This document shows positions 11,715 through 21,655 of a DNA stretch of 64,000 bases, one piece after another. The DNA comes from Cetorhinus maximus. Its lineage: Eukaryota. The position numbers and the translations under genes are program-made. The notes under the pieces are model-generated. The model saw only the letters and a list, made by a program, of their open reading frames with translations, made no database searches and had not been told where the DNA came from. Numbering within the stretch: the stretch's first letter is position 1; every line of letters begins with the position of its first letter. The stretch is taken from the NCBI RefSeq assembly GCF_964194155.1, contig NC_135887.1:29264001-29328000 (forward strand), read 5' to 3'.

Positions 11715-11940
11715 ATAAATCCTGAAACATTAAACTTTTGCTCTTTCCACAGATGCTACCTGAACCTGCTGCGTATTTCCTCCATTGTCTATTTCGGATT
11801 CCCAGCAGCATTTTAGTTTTGTGTTAAGATAATTGTAATATATAATATAATAATTGTTATATAAAACCTGCAATATTGGAAACTTGAAACGAGATCAGAA
11901 AATGGTGGAAATACAGAGCAGGTCAGTCAGCAGCTGAAAA
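11715..11940. mobile_element. Two degenerate Penelope-like terminal fragments in inverted orientation
   Basis: ctttccacagatgctacctgaacctgctgcgtatttcc on one side and gaaaatggtggaaatacagagcaggtcag on the other. Confidence 0.55.
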
Positions 11941-12050
11941 GCACTGAGGGTGCAGTGCACCCCTTCACTTAGACTGGTACAGGATCTTACACCCAGTCAT
12001 ATTTAACTCCTGTCTCTGCCACTGTACCTAGAAAGTTATGGGTCCAAGTT

Positions 12051-15044
12051 TAGGGGAAGGCAATGGCGCAGTGGTATTGTCACTGGACTAGTAATCCAGA
12101 AACCTAGAGTAATGCTCTGGGGGTACCTGGGTTTGAATCCCACCATGGCAGATGGTGGAATTTGTATTCAATAAAATCAATCTGTGAGCGCAGACTCTTA
12201 AATGCCCTCTGAAATGGCCTAACAAGCCGCTCAGTTGTATCAAACCGCTACAAAGTCTCAAAAAAGAAATTAAATTGGACAGACCACCCTCTGCAAAGTC
12301 CTAGAGAGCTGTCTCACAGACTAGTCACCCTCGCAGAATCATACATCAATCATACAGACTAGTCATCCTCACGGAATCACCTGCAGAGGAGGCAGTACAG
12401 TCCTCAACATCAACTCCGGCCCCTCCAACTACCAGGTCAAACATGGGCAAGGAAACTTACTGCTGATTACCACATACAGCTAATGAATCAGTGCTTCTTC
12501 ATGTTAAACATCACTTGGATGGTTCACTGAGGGTGGCAAGGGTAAGGAATGTACTCTGGGTGGGGACTTCAATGTCCATCACCAAGAGTGGTTTGGTAGC
12601 ACCATTACAGGCCGAGTCGTAAAGGATATAGCTGCTAGACTGGGTCTGCGGCAGGTGGTGAGGGAACCAACAAGGGGGAAAAACGTACTTGACCTCATCC
12701 TCACCACCTGCCTGCCGCAGATGCACCTGCCGTCATGTTGATGATACCCTCCATTGTGTTTTGTGGCACTACCACCATGCTAAACGGAATAGGTTTCGAG
12801 CAGACCTAGTAACTGAAGACTGGGCATCCATGAGGTGCTGTGGGTCAGCAGCAGCAGCAGAATTGTACTTGAACACAATCTGTAACCTCATGGCACAGCA
12901 TAACCCCTGCTCTATGATTATCAACAAGCCAGGGGATCAACCCTGGTTCAATGAAGATTGCAGGAGGGCATGCCAGGAGCAGCACCAGGCATACCTAAAA
13001 ATGAGGTGTCAACCTGGTGAAGCTATGTCTACTACATGACTACTTGCATGCCAAACAGCAAAGGAACAGGTGGTAGACAGAACTAAACGATCCCACAACA
13101 AAAGGATTAGATCTAAGCTCTGCAGTACTGCCACATCCAGTCGTGAATGGTGGTGGACAATTAAACAACTCACTGGAGGAGGAGTATGCACAGATATCCC
13201 CCTCGTCAATGATGGGGGAGCCCAGCACATCAGTGCAAAAGATAAGGCTGAAGCATTTGCAACAACCTTCAGCCAGAAGTGCTGAGTGGATGATCCATCT
13301 CGGCCTCCTCCGGAGGTCCCCAGCATCACAGATGCCAGCCTTCAACCCATTCGATTTACTCTACGTGATATCAAGAAAAGGCTGAAGACACTGGATAGTG
13401 TAAAGGCATATATCTAAAAATGAGGTGTCAACCTGATGAAGTTATAACACAGGACTACTTGCATGTCAAACAGCTTAAGCAACAAGTAGTAGACAGAGCT
13501 AAGCGATCCCACAACCAACCTGACAATATTCCAGCAACAGTACTGAAGACGTGCTCCAGAACTTGCCGCGTCCCTGGCCAAGCTGTTCCAGTACAGCTAC
13601 AACACTGGCATCTACCTGGCTATGTGGAAAATTGCTCAGGTATGGCCTGTACACAAAAAGCAGGACAAATCCAACCCGCCAATTACCGCCCCATCAGTCT
13701 CCTCTCCATCATCAGTAAAGTAATGGAAGGGGTCATCAGCAGTGCTATCAAGCGGCACTTGTTTAGCAATAACTTGCTCACTGATGCCCAGTTTGGGTTC
13801 CGCCAGGGTCAGTCAGCTCCTGACCTCATTACAGCCTTGGTTGAAATATGGATAAAAGTGCTGAGCTGCCGAGGTGAGGTGAGAGTGACTGCCCTTGGCA
13901 TCACGGCAGCATTTGGCCGAGTGTGGCATCAAGGAGCCCTAGCAAAATTGGAATTAATGGGAATCAGGGAGAAAACTCTCCACTGGTTGGAGTCATACCT
14001 AGCACTAAGGAAGATGGTTATGGTTGTTGGAGGTCAGCCATCTCAGCTCCAGGACATCACTGCAGGAGTTCCTCAGGGTAGTGTCCTTGGCTGAACCATC
14101 TTCAACTGCTTCATCAATAACCTTCCTTCCATCATAAGGTCAGAAGTGGGGATGTTCACCGATGATTGCACAATGTTCAGCACCATTCGTGAATCCTCAG
14201 ACACTGAAGCAGTCCATGTCCAAGTGCAGCAAGACCTGGACAATATCCAGGCATGGACTGACAAGTGGCAAGTAGCATTCGTGTCACACAAGTGCCAGGC
14301 AATGACCATCTCCAACAAGTGAGAATCTAACGATTGCTTCTTGAAGTTCAATGGCATTATCATCACTGATTCCCCCACTATCAACATCCTGGGGGTTACC
14401 ATTGACCAGAAACTGAACTGGACTAGCCACATAAATGCTGTGGCTACAAGAGCAGGTCAGAGGCTAGGAATCCTATGATGGGTAACTCGCCTCCTGACTC
14501 CCCAAAGCCTGTTCACCACCTACAAGGCACAAGTCAGGAATGTGATGGAATACTCCCCACTTGCCTGGATGAGTGTAGCTCCCACAACACAAGAAGCTTG
14601 ATACTGTCCAGGACAAAGCAGCCCGCTTGATTGGCACCCCATCCACAAGCATTCACTCCCTCCACCACTAACACACAGTAGCAGCAGTGTGTACCATCTA
14701 CAAGATGGACTGCGGGAATTCACCAAGCCTCCTTCGACAGCACCTTCCAAATCCACGACCACTACTACCTAGAAGGACAAGGGCAGCAGATCGATGGGAA
14801 CATCACTGCCTGGAAGTTCTCTTCCAAGTTGCTCACCATCCTGACTTGAAAATATATTGCCGTTTCTTCACTGTCGTTGGATCAAAACCCTAGAACTCCC
14901 TTCTAACAGCACTGTGGGTGTACCTACACCACATGGACTGCAGCGGTTCAAGAAAGTGGCACACCGCCACCATCTCAAGAGCAACTAGGAATGGGCAATA
15001 AATGCTGGCCCAGCCAGTGAAACCCACATCCATGAATGAATAAA
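12051..15044 (+). mobile_element. Near full-span but internally deleted CR1-group LINE (called family B here): tRNA-like head, APE endonuclease and RT remnants, no ORF1 visible
   Basis: Motifs GDFNVHHQEW, GKNVLDLILT, NYRPISLLSIISKVME, QFGFR, GVPQGSVLG, MFTDDCT; 3' end gggcaataaatgctggcc...catgaatgaataaaa; candidate TSD aagtt at 12046-12050 and 15045-15049. Confidence 0.9.
12059..12150 (+). promoter_or_regulatory. tRNA-Thr(AGT)-derived head with Pol III A and B boxes (not a functional tRNA)
   Basis: A box TGGCGCAGTGG 12064-12074; anticodon arm CTGGA-CTAGTAA-TCCAG 12083-12099; extra stem-loop CCTAGAG-taatg-CTCTGGG; T arm TGGG-TTTGAAT-CCCA with B box GGTTTGAATCC 12130-12140. Confidence 0.8.
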
Positions 15045-15380
15045 AAGTTGCCTTGAACAAGACCTTCCATTCAGCAAAACCCTCCAAGGAGTGGAGGGTA
15101 TTGAGTGGGAGAGAAATTAAGGAGCATGACTGCACAATGGTGGGACAATTTATTTTTGATGGAAGAGATAAGGGAGGATGTGCTGGGACATAGAATGGGA
15201 CAAGGTTTGAGTGGGGCCATGGAGCGATTTGACAATGAGCACAAGAATCTTGAGATTGACTTATGAGGGAAATAGGGATCTGATGAAGGATGGTTCAGAT
15301 GGAGGTGCAGACTGCGAGCGGAATAGGAGCTGGGCTGGAGATTAGAGAATGGATGTTTGTGTATGGTGGACCTGTGGAAT

Positions 15381-15655
15381 AGAACCATAGAATGGTTACG
15401 GCACAGGAAGGCCATTCGGCCCATCAAGTGCAAGCTGGCTTTCGGTATTAGCAATTTAACCAATCATTCTCTGTCCCTGCATTTTCTTTCCCTTGAAATG
15501 CTGATCCAATTCCCTTTTGAAAGCCACAATGGAATCTGCCTTCACCAGGCATTCCAGATTGCAACTATGTTCTGCATAAAAAGAGTTTTTTCTCATGTCA
15601 CCTTTGCTTCTTTTGCCAATCACCATAAATCTTGACCTTTCTGCCAATAGGGAAG
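15381..15655 (-). mobile_element. CR1-type 3' fragment
   Basis: catagaatggttacggcacaggaaggccattcggccc; reverse ORF VAFKRELD-like motif. Confidence 0.75.
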
Positions 15656-15978
15656 TTTCACCCCTTGTGATTTGGAACAGAAGTGGACATGAGTGGTCTT
15701 GGCAATGTACTAATGTGATGTTTAAAGTAAAGTGTGGCTCAGGTCACCACATTTCAGTTTCATGTGAACAAGCAGTTGGTGTCTGAGGTGCAAAATTCCG
15801 ATGGGAACCAACTAGAATGGCTTCAGTCTTGCAGATGTTGAACTGAAGAAAGTTCTAGCTCATGGATCATGTGGCAACTGTGCCCTTATGCTGCCTAAAT
15901 TCAAAACATTCATGAGGTAATAGCAGTGCTCACTCCACTTTAAAAGATATTGTAGATTGCTGGTTCTAAAATGGTAAT

Positions 15979-16247
15979 TGTTGTAGGGTATTGGTTATTG
16001 CTTGGTAGGTCTTAATGCACAGTTTTAAGTAGGTTAACTGTATATACTTATTAACTACAAGCACTGTGTACATATACACAGTAAAGGGTTCAAGCTAGGA
16101 GCTGTTTCCATGCTTACTTGTGCACATGGCTCTGTCTAACACCTAGAGTGACTCCTAGGTGTGGATCATGTGTTCTGTTATATCACTGTGGGTGGTACTA
16201 TGCTCAGTCCCACGTTAACCCTATATGTGCCAGACCCTTATACCACA
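15979..16247. mobile_element. Solo LTR (269 bp) of an LTR retrotransposon
   Basis: TG...CA termini (tgttgtaggg / ccttataccaca) flanked by a perfect 5-bp TSD GTAAT at 15974-15978 and 16248-16252. Confidence 0.75.
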
Positions 16248-16570
16248 GTAATGTTATCAATTCTACTGAGCAGTGAGAAATGGCTCTCCTTTTAAGTGCC
16301 TTAGATATTTCATAGAATACTTTTACAATTTATTTCAATAGCTCTCTCCATCTTGGTATTTTTCCAATAGAACACCCCATCCTGGGCATTTGACCCCTGC
16401 TAAGCACCTCTAGGAAACAAAGTAGCTGACACTGGGATAACTACAATGTTTTGTAGTTATACACCAGATCTTGTCCCAGTGTCTCAACTTTTTGAATCTT
16501 TGCCTTTTTCTTTTGTACAAACAAGTCAGTCTTATCTCTGATGTTTTCTTGCTTGTATATGAATTAACTC

Positions 16571-16698
16571 TAAAATAAAAGCAAAAGACTGCAGATGCTG
16601 GAAATTGGGAATAAAAACAGAAAATGCTGGAAAAACTCAACAGGTCTGGCAGCATCTGTGGAGAGAGAAACAAAGTTAACCTTTCGAGTCAGTATGAC
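16571..16698 (-). mobile_element. Short Penelope-like terminal fragment with 7-bp TSD
   Basis: gaaaatgctggaaaaactcaacaggtctggcagcatctgtggagagagaaac; ttaactc at 16564-16570 and 16699-16705. Confidence 0.8.
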
Positions 16699-16792
16699 TT
16701 AACTCCCTTACTTGCTTGCTAGTGGGCTAAATGTTCATTTCGTCAATGTTCCTGAAGGAGGTGAAACACTGTCACAAATGCTCTTTCCACAG

Positions 16793-16990
16793 AAAAAGTA
16801 CCACTTCATTTATCACCCCGCATCGGGCTTGGCAGTGGGGGATGACTCTTCTAGTTTAAGTGGCTGGACTTTTCCATTTCCTGGAGTATTTTTATTAGAC
16901 AATTTTATGAATGAAGAGGAGGAAACAGAACTGGTGAACCTGATGGATAGCAACGAGTGGAAACCCTCACAGTCTGGACGCAAGAAACAG
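16793..16990 (+). CDS. ALKBH4: ALKBH4 coding exon 2
   Basis: 198 nt, ccacag acceptor and CAG|gttagc donor, phase 0/0; FPFPGVFLLDNF...WKPSQSGRKKQ. Confidence 0.96.
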
Positions 16991-17954
16991 GTTAGCTTTC
17001 CCTGTCTCAGAGGAAAAACATGCTCTTATGGGTCATTGTCGGAACAGTTTTACACATCCAGTTTTACAACACTTCTTTTTTTGCCTGGGTGAATGACAGA
17101 ATATTAAGTTTTTGGTTATTTTGAGTGATTGAAGGTAGAAACTGTTAATATTTAATTTCTTTCCTGTTTGACAGAGTCTTGGCATTGGCACAAACCAACT
17201 TTCCATCACTTGTGGGACAATCTTTCCCAAATCGCCCAATTACATTGATCCTGCCACCTATCAGTCCTTACAAATACATGATTGGTTATATGCTGTTGCC
17301 TTACAGAGGGTTCTTTAGTGCAAATCAAACTTAGGATCCTAAAGTAACCTGCCACTATTGTTTAAAAAAAATGCACTCATACTTACACTGATCATTTTAG
17401 GTTTCCTGGTTTGAAAGTTTGCTTTCTTGTGTTCTATATTCTCAATATAGTATTGTCCTCAGCCTCGTGGAACATGATGTTGAACACCATGTTGGCTAAC
17501 TGGAAGCACCCCACTGAGCTTTCATTTTTCTTTTTGCTGAATATTTTTGTTTAAATGATCCATTGAGTTGAAGGAGTTACTGAGATAGGTAACCACAAGC
17601 AAACATCATAATAATGCACAATCATTAATCCAATTCCATTTCTTTTGAATGTCATTTAGATCTTCGAGTGTTATAATTTAATATCACATTGGCCTCAGTG
17701 TAGTTCCATTCTGGGTAGGTTTATAGAAAAGAATATTTGAATTTCATATCAGAACAAATTCAAAATGAACTTGAGTGGATAATTGATTTTTTTTAAAAAT
17801 GGGAGTTGATGAGTGGACTGTGGCTGACATTGTGGTCAGTTAAATATCAGTGAGTGAAGCAGACAAGGTAATGAGGAAAGTAAAGGGATTTGCAGTCGGT
17901 TGAGCAAGTTGACATGTTTGTCATATCATGATGCTTGCCTTGATCTGAAAGGAA

Positions 17955-18275
17955 ACATTATGTATTTATCTAGCAACTTTCATATCATCAGGCTCTTTCA
18001 AAGCGCTTCACAGTACTTTTTGAAGTGCAGTCACTACTGTAACACAAGGGAACCAATATGTGTACAGCAAGATTACACAACAAGCAATCAGTGAATAGAT
18101 GATCTCATTTTTAGCAATTTAGGTTGAGGGCTAAATGTTGATTCACTGGGAGAACTGTTCTGCTGTTCTTTGAATAGTCCCATTGGTTCTTTTACATTCT
18201 CCTGAGGGGGCAAATGGAAATTTCTGTTTAATGTCTCATCCAAAAGATGGAATTTCCAAAACTGCAGCACTCCCT
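17955..18275 (-). mobile_element. Deu-domain SINE remnant with L2-like tail
   Basis: gtttaatgtctcatccaaaagatgg (reverse Deu core) and aagcgcttcacag...ttttgaagtgcagtcactactgtaa tail. Confidence 0.65.
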
Positions 18276-18547
18276 GCGTACAAGTTAATTGATTTAAAAT
18301 ACTTTGTGCATTCCACTTGGGGAAAAATACAGCCTTTTATCTCAGACTATCAATTAAAGCTGCTTTGTATTGTTTGGTCCTATGATGTTACACCTGTGAA
18401 AATTGGCTTTTTTATTTTGTCTGCTATTCCATCCACAATGGTTTGATGAAAAGTTTTAAAATTAAAAATAATAATCTAATTGTTGACAATACTGTAGTCG
18501 TACAGAAGTAGTAGTACAGAACTTGAATATTGCTGAAAAAGAGACAC

Positions 18548-18585
18548 GATAACTAAGCTTTTCATCTTGCACTCATCAGGATAGC
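18548..18585 (-). ncRNA. Minimal type I hammerhead ribozyme motif (left arm, stem I degenerate)
   Basis: Minus strand GCTATC-CTGATGA-GTGCAAGAT-GAAA-AGCT-TA-GTTATC. Confidence 0.75.
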
Positions 18586-18724
18586 TCACTAGAAATTACC
18601 AAACTGTAACGGGGGAACAACAATTTATACTGCATAGGAAGAGAGTGCTGATTAGTTGGCAAGTGGGCTCTGATTGGTGGAGGCATTGCCATGGAGAATG
18701 CAGCACGGAGCAGTTAACTGCCCA

Positions 18725-19088
18725 AAACAAAAACAGAATTACCTGGAAAAACTCAGCAGGTCTGACAGCATCGGCGGAGAAGAAAAGAGTTGACGTTTCG
18801 AGTACTCATGACCCTTCAACAGAACTGTGTAATATTAGGAGAGGGGTGAAATATAAGCTGGTTTAAGGTGGGGGGGTGGTGGTGGTTGTAGGGACAAGCA
18901 AGCAGTGATAGGAGCAGATAATCAAAAGATGTCACAGACAAAGGAACAAAGAGGTGTTGATATTATCTAAGAGAATGTGCTAATTAAGAATGGATGGCAG
19001 GACACTCAAGGTACAGCTCTAGTGGGGAAGAAGTACTGCTCTGCTCTCCGACAGGATTTCCGTATCTCTCTTCTGCCTTGTTCACCTT
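18725..19088 (-). mobile_element. Nested Penelope-like element fragment
   Basis: ctggaaaaactcagcaggtctgacagcatc terminal family; 13-bp TSD agttaactgccca at 18712-18724 and 19089-19101. Confidence 0.85.
18788..18826 (-). ncRNA. Minimal hammerhead-like motif with variant core (CUGUUGA)
   Basis: Minus strand AGTT-CTGTTGA-AGGGTCATGAGTACTC-GAAA-CG-TC-AACT; stem I AGTT/AACT pairs perfectly. Confidence 0.6.
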
Positions 19089-19259
19089 AGTTAACTGCCC
19101 AGCTTGTTCAAATTCAAACCTGCATTCAGCGTGGCAATGCCTCCACCAATCAGAGTCCACTTGCTAACCAATCAGAGTCCACTTGCTAACTAATCAGTAT
19201 GCTCTTCTCATGCAGTATAAATGGTTGTTCCCATGTTACTGTTCGGTAATTTCTTGTGA

Positions 19260-19297
19260 GGTATCCCGATGAGTGTAAGACGAAAAGCTTAGATAGC
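19260..19297 (+). ncRNA. Minimal type I hammerhead ribozyme motif (right arm, U4>C in core)
   Basis: GGTATC-CCGATGA-GTGTAAGAC-GAAA-AGCT-TA-GATAGC. Confidence 0.7.
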
Positions 19298-19380
19298 ATG
19301 TTTCTTTTTCAACAACAATACTGTAGTTACTTTTGTGTTTTCGTTCAGTATTACTAATGTTTTTCTTTGTCAACATACAG

Positions 19381-20055
19381 GACTATGGCCCAAAAGTGAA
19401 TTTTAAAAAGCACAAGTTGAAAGTGGGAAGCTTCAGTGGCCTGCCATGCTTCAGCCATCTCCTCATAAACCGAATGATACAACACCCTATGTTGAAAAGC
19501 TTTTTTCCTGTGGAGCAATGTAACCTGGATTATAGACCAGAACGAGGCTCTTCCATTGACCCACACTTTGATGACTGGTGGCTGTGGGGTGAGCGTCTGG
19601 TCAGCGTGAACCTGCTGTCTGAAACCACATTATCAATGTCTTGTGACTCAGAGAATTTCATCCCGCTACATCGTAATGAAATGGTGTGCAATGCACCATC
19701 ATATGATCCAGTAACTGGTAATTCAGAGAGCATGTTTAATTTCCATGGAGATAACATTCCAGTTCATTGCACAGACAACTGTAGCATGAAAAGGACTAGT
19801 GACACAGGTCAAAGGCCAGTCCCTTACAAAGATGTAGAAGTAGCCATTAATTTGCCAAGGAGATCTTTAATTGCTTTATATGGGGATGCACGATATAAAT
19901 GGAAACATGGCATATACAGGGAAGATATCAAGTCAAGGCGGATATGCTGTACCTTTAGGGAGTTATCGGAAGAGTTCAGCCACGGAGGGAACCAAGAGGC
20001 ACTGGGGAAAGAGCTTGTGGATATAGCACTGAGGTTTCAGGGTGTTCCTGTATAA
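19381..20055 (+). CDS. ALKBH4: ALKBH4 coding exon 3 (Fe(II)/2OG dioxygenase domain); spliced protein 325 aa
   Basis: atacag acceptor; DYGPKVNFKK, HxD in IDPHFDDWWLWGERL, distal His in RYKWKHGI, RRICCTFRE; TAA at 20053-20055. Confidence 0.97.
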   Translation, partial: DYGPKVNFKKHKLKVGSFSGLPCFSHLLINRMIQHPMLKSFFPVEQCNLDYRPERGSSIDPHFDDWWLWGERLVSVNLLSETTLSMSCDSENFIPLHRNEMVCNAPSYDPVTGNSESMFNFHGDNIPVHCTDNCSMKRTSDTGQRPVPYKDVEVAINLPRRSLIALYGDARYKWKHGIYREDIKSRRICCTFRELSEEFSHGGNQEALGKELVDIALRFQGVPV

Positions 20056-20542
20056 AATTACTACTCTAAAGCATCAAGCATAAGTGACCTCCATTATAAA
20101 CTCAGTTTTGGGATAGCTACAAAAAACATGGTATTTAAGTTATTTAACCCATATCCGTATGCTGTTGCCTGGTTAAAAAAGGATGCAATGGGTGTGTCAG
20201 TCTGCCTGCAGGCCTTTGTAGCTTTATAAATGTTTGCCTAGAGATTTACAAGAATAGTGAGCTTCTTCTGACTTTTTCTGCCGCCCCATTGGGGAAACAG
20301 CTGCTCTCGACTCCAGCCCCTATAATCGGGAACACTTTTGGGGGAAATTATGGTATCAGAATAATGTCTTGGCACAATTGTCCACTAATGCACCGTGCAC
20401 ATGAGCCATAACCAGGCTTTTATTAGTGAGGGAAGTGCAAAAAGTAAGCTCAGAATCCAGAATCAATTTATCCAAATTTACTGCAGCTAGGTGGTGGTTT
20501 GAGTATTGACCTGTTGTGAGAGGACTTGGCCTATTTTTAATT

Positions 20543-21001
20543 AATAAATGAGCACACAATTCAAATTATTCCAACCTGTCAAATTGCCTCTTCAGAAACC
20601 ACTGATTCTGGTTTTCTCTAAGCAAACAGGTAGTGATCTGCTTTACTGTCAAATATTTAGATTTTGATTTAAATAAATGTTAATATATTGTAAATTAATG
20701 TGCTCAAATATAACTTTGGGTGTTATGCCAGGGTGATTGAAGTTAGCGTTTTGGAAATTCTTTTACCAAATGAGCTTAAGTTTAAACTAATTCTGAATTT
20801 TAAACTAGTTTGTTCCCTACTTCAGTTTTGTAAAATATCAGCTATTTGGGAATGGGACAATGAAAGTGACATTTTACCAAATGTATATCTAGTTTTAATA
20901 TTGGAATTCTACAGAATTATATTTTTTATTTTGTATGCTATTTTTATCAGATTCTTGAATGAATCCTGTATTGAAATAAGTCAGTAATTTTTATAAATAA
21001 A
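20543..21001 (+). terminator. Candidate ALKBH4 polyadenylation signals
   Basis: AATAAA at 20543, 20672 and 20996; which is used cannot be determined from sequence. Confidence 0.4.
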
Positions 21002-21214
21002 ATGTCAGGTCAGGTTATTTATGAAGATAAAGAAATTGGTGAGCTAAATAGTATCTGTTTTCATTTTCAATATTTTAGGATAGGTGAGTGACTAAAATTA
21101 CTTCAAAATAATTAACAATGGAAATAGTTTTAGCTTAGTTTCAATCTGCACGACCTAATGCTATTTGCAACAGAGTGGCTAAATAAATGTGAAAGGAGAG
21201 AAATGAGCACAAGG

Positions 21215-21655
21215 TTAGGAACAAGATTAGACCATTCAGCTCATCGAGCCTACTGCTCTGCCATTCAATACAATCATGGCTGATCATCCACTTCAATGCC
21301 TTTTTCCTACAGTATCCCCATATCCTTTTACATTATGGACACTTAGAAATCTGTCAATTTCTGCTTTAAACATACTCAATGACTGAGCTTCCGCAGCCCT
21401 CTGGGATAGAGAATTCCAAAGATTCATAACCCTCTGAGTTAAAAGATTTCTCCTCAAGTCAGTTCTAAGTGACTTCCCCCTTATTTTGAAATTGTGTCCT
21501 CTGGTTCTAGATTCCTCAACCAGGGGAAGCATTTTACCTGCACCTACCCCGTCTAACCCTTTAAATATTTTGTAAATTTCAATGAGATCACCTCTCATTC
21601 TTCGAAACTCTAGAGAATACAGGCCCAGTTACCCCAATCTCGTCATAGGACAGCC
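21215..21655 (-). mobile_element. CR1 LINE 3' fragment
   Basis: ORF 21293..21598 MRGDLIEIYKIFKG...NLWNSL. Confidence 0.9.

Larger units (their letters stand above)
18499..19314. mobile_element. Non-autonomous element with about 170-bp inverted arms, each carrying CCAAT-like boxes, a TATA box and a minimal hammerhead ribozyme (Penelope-like)
   Basis: Arms 18530-18700 and 19120-19314 are reverse complements; 13-bp TSD acaatactgtagt at 18486-18498 and 19315-19327. Confidence 0.85.

Noticed and set aside
12059-12150. Functional tRNA-Thr gene
   Set aside because: Acceptor and D stems are imperfect, there is an oversized extra arm, no downstream T-run terminator, and it is joined to a LINE body.
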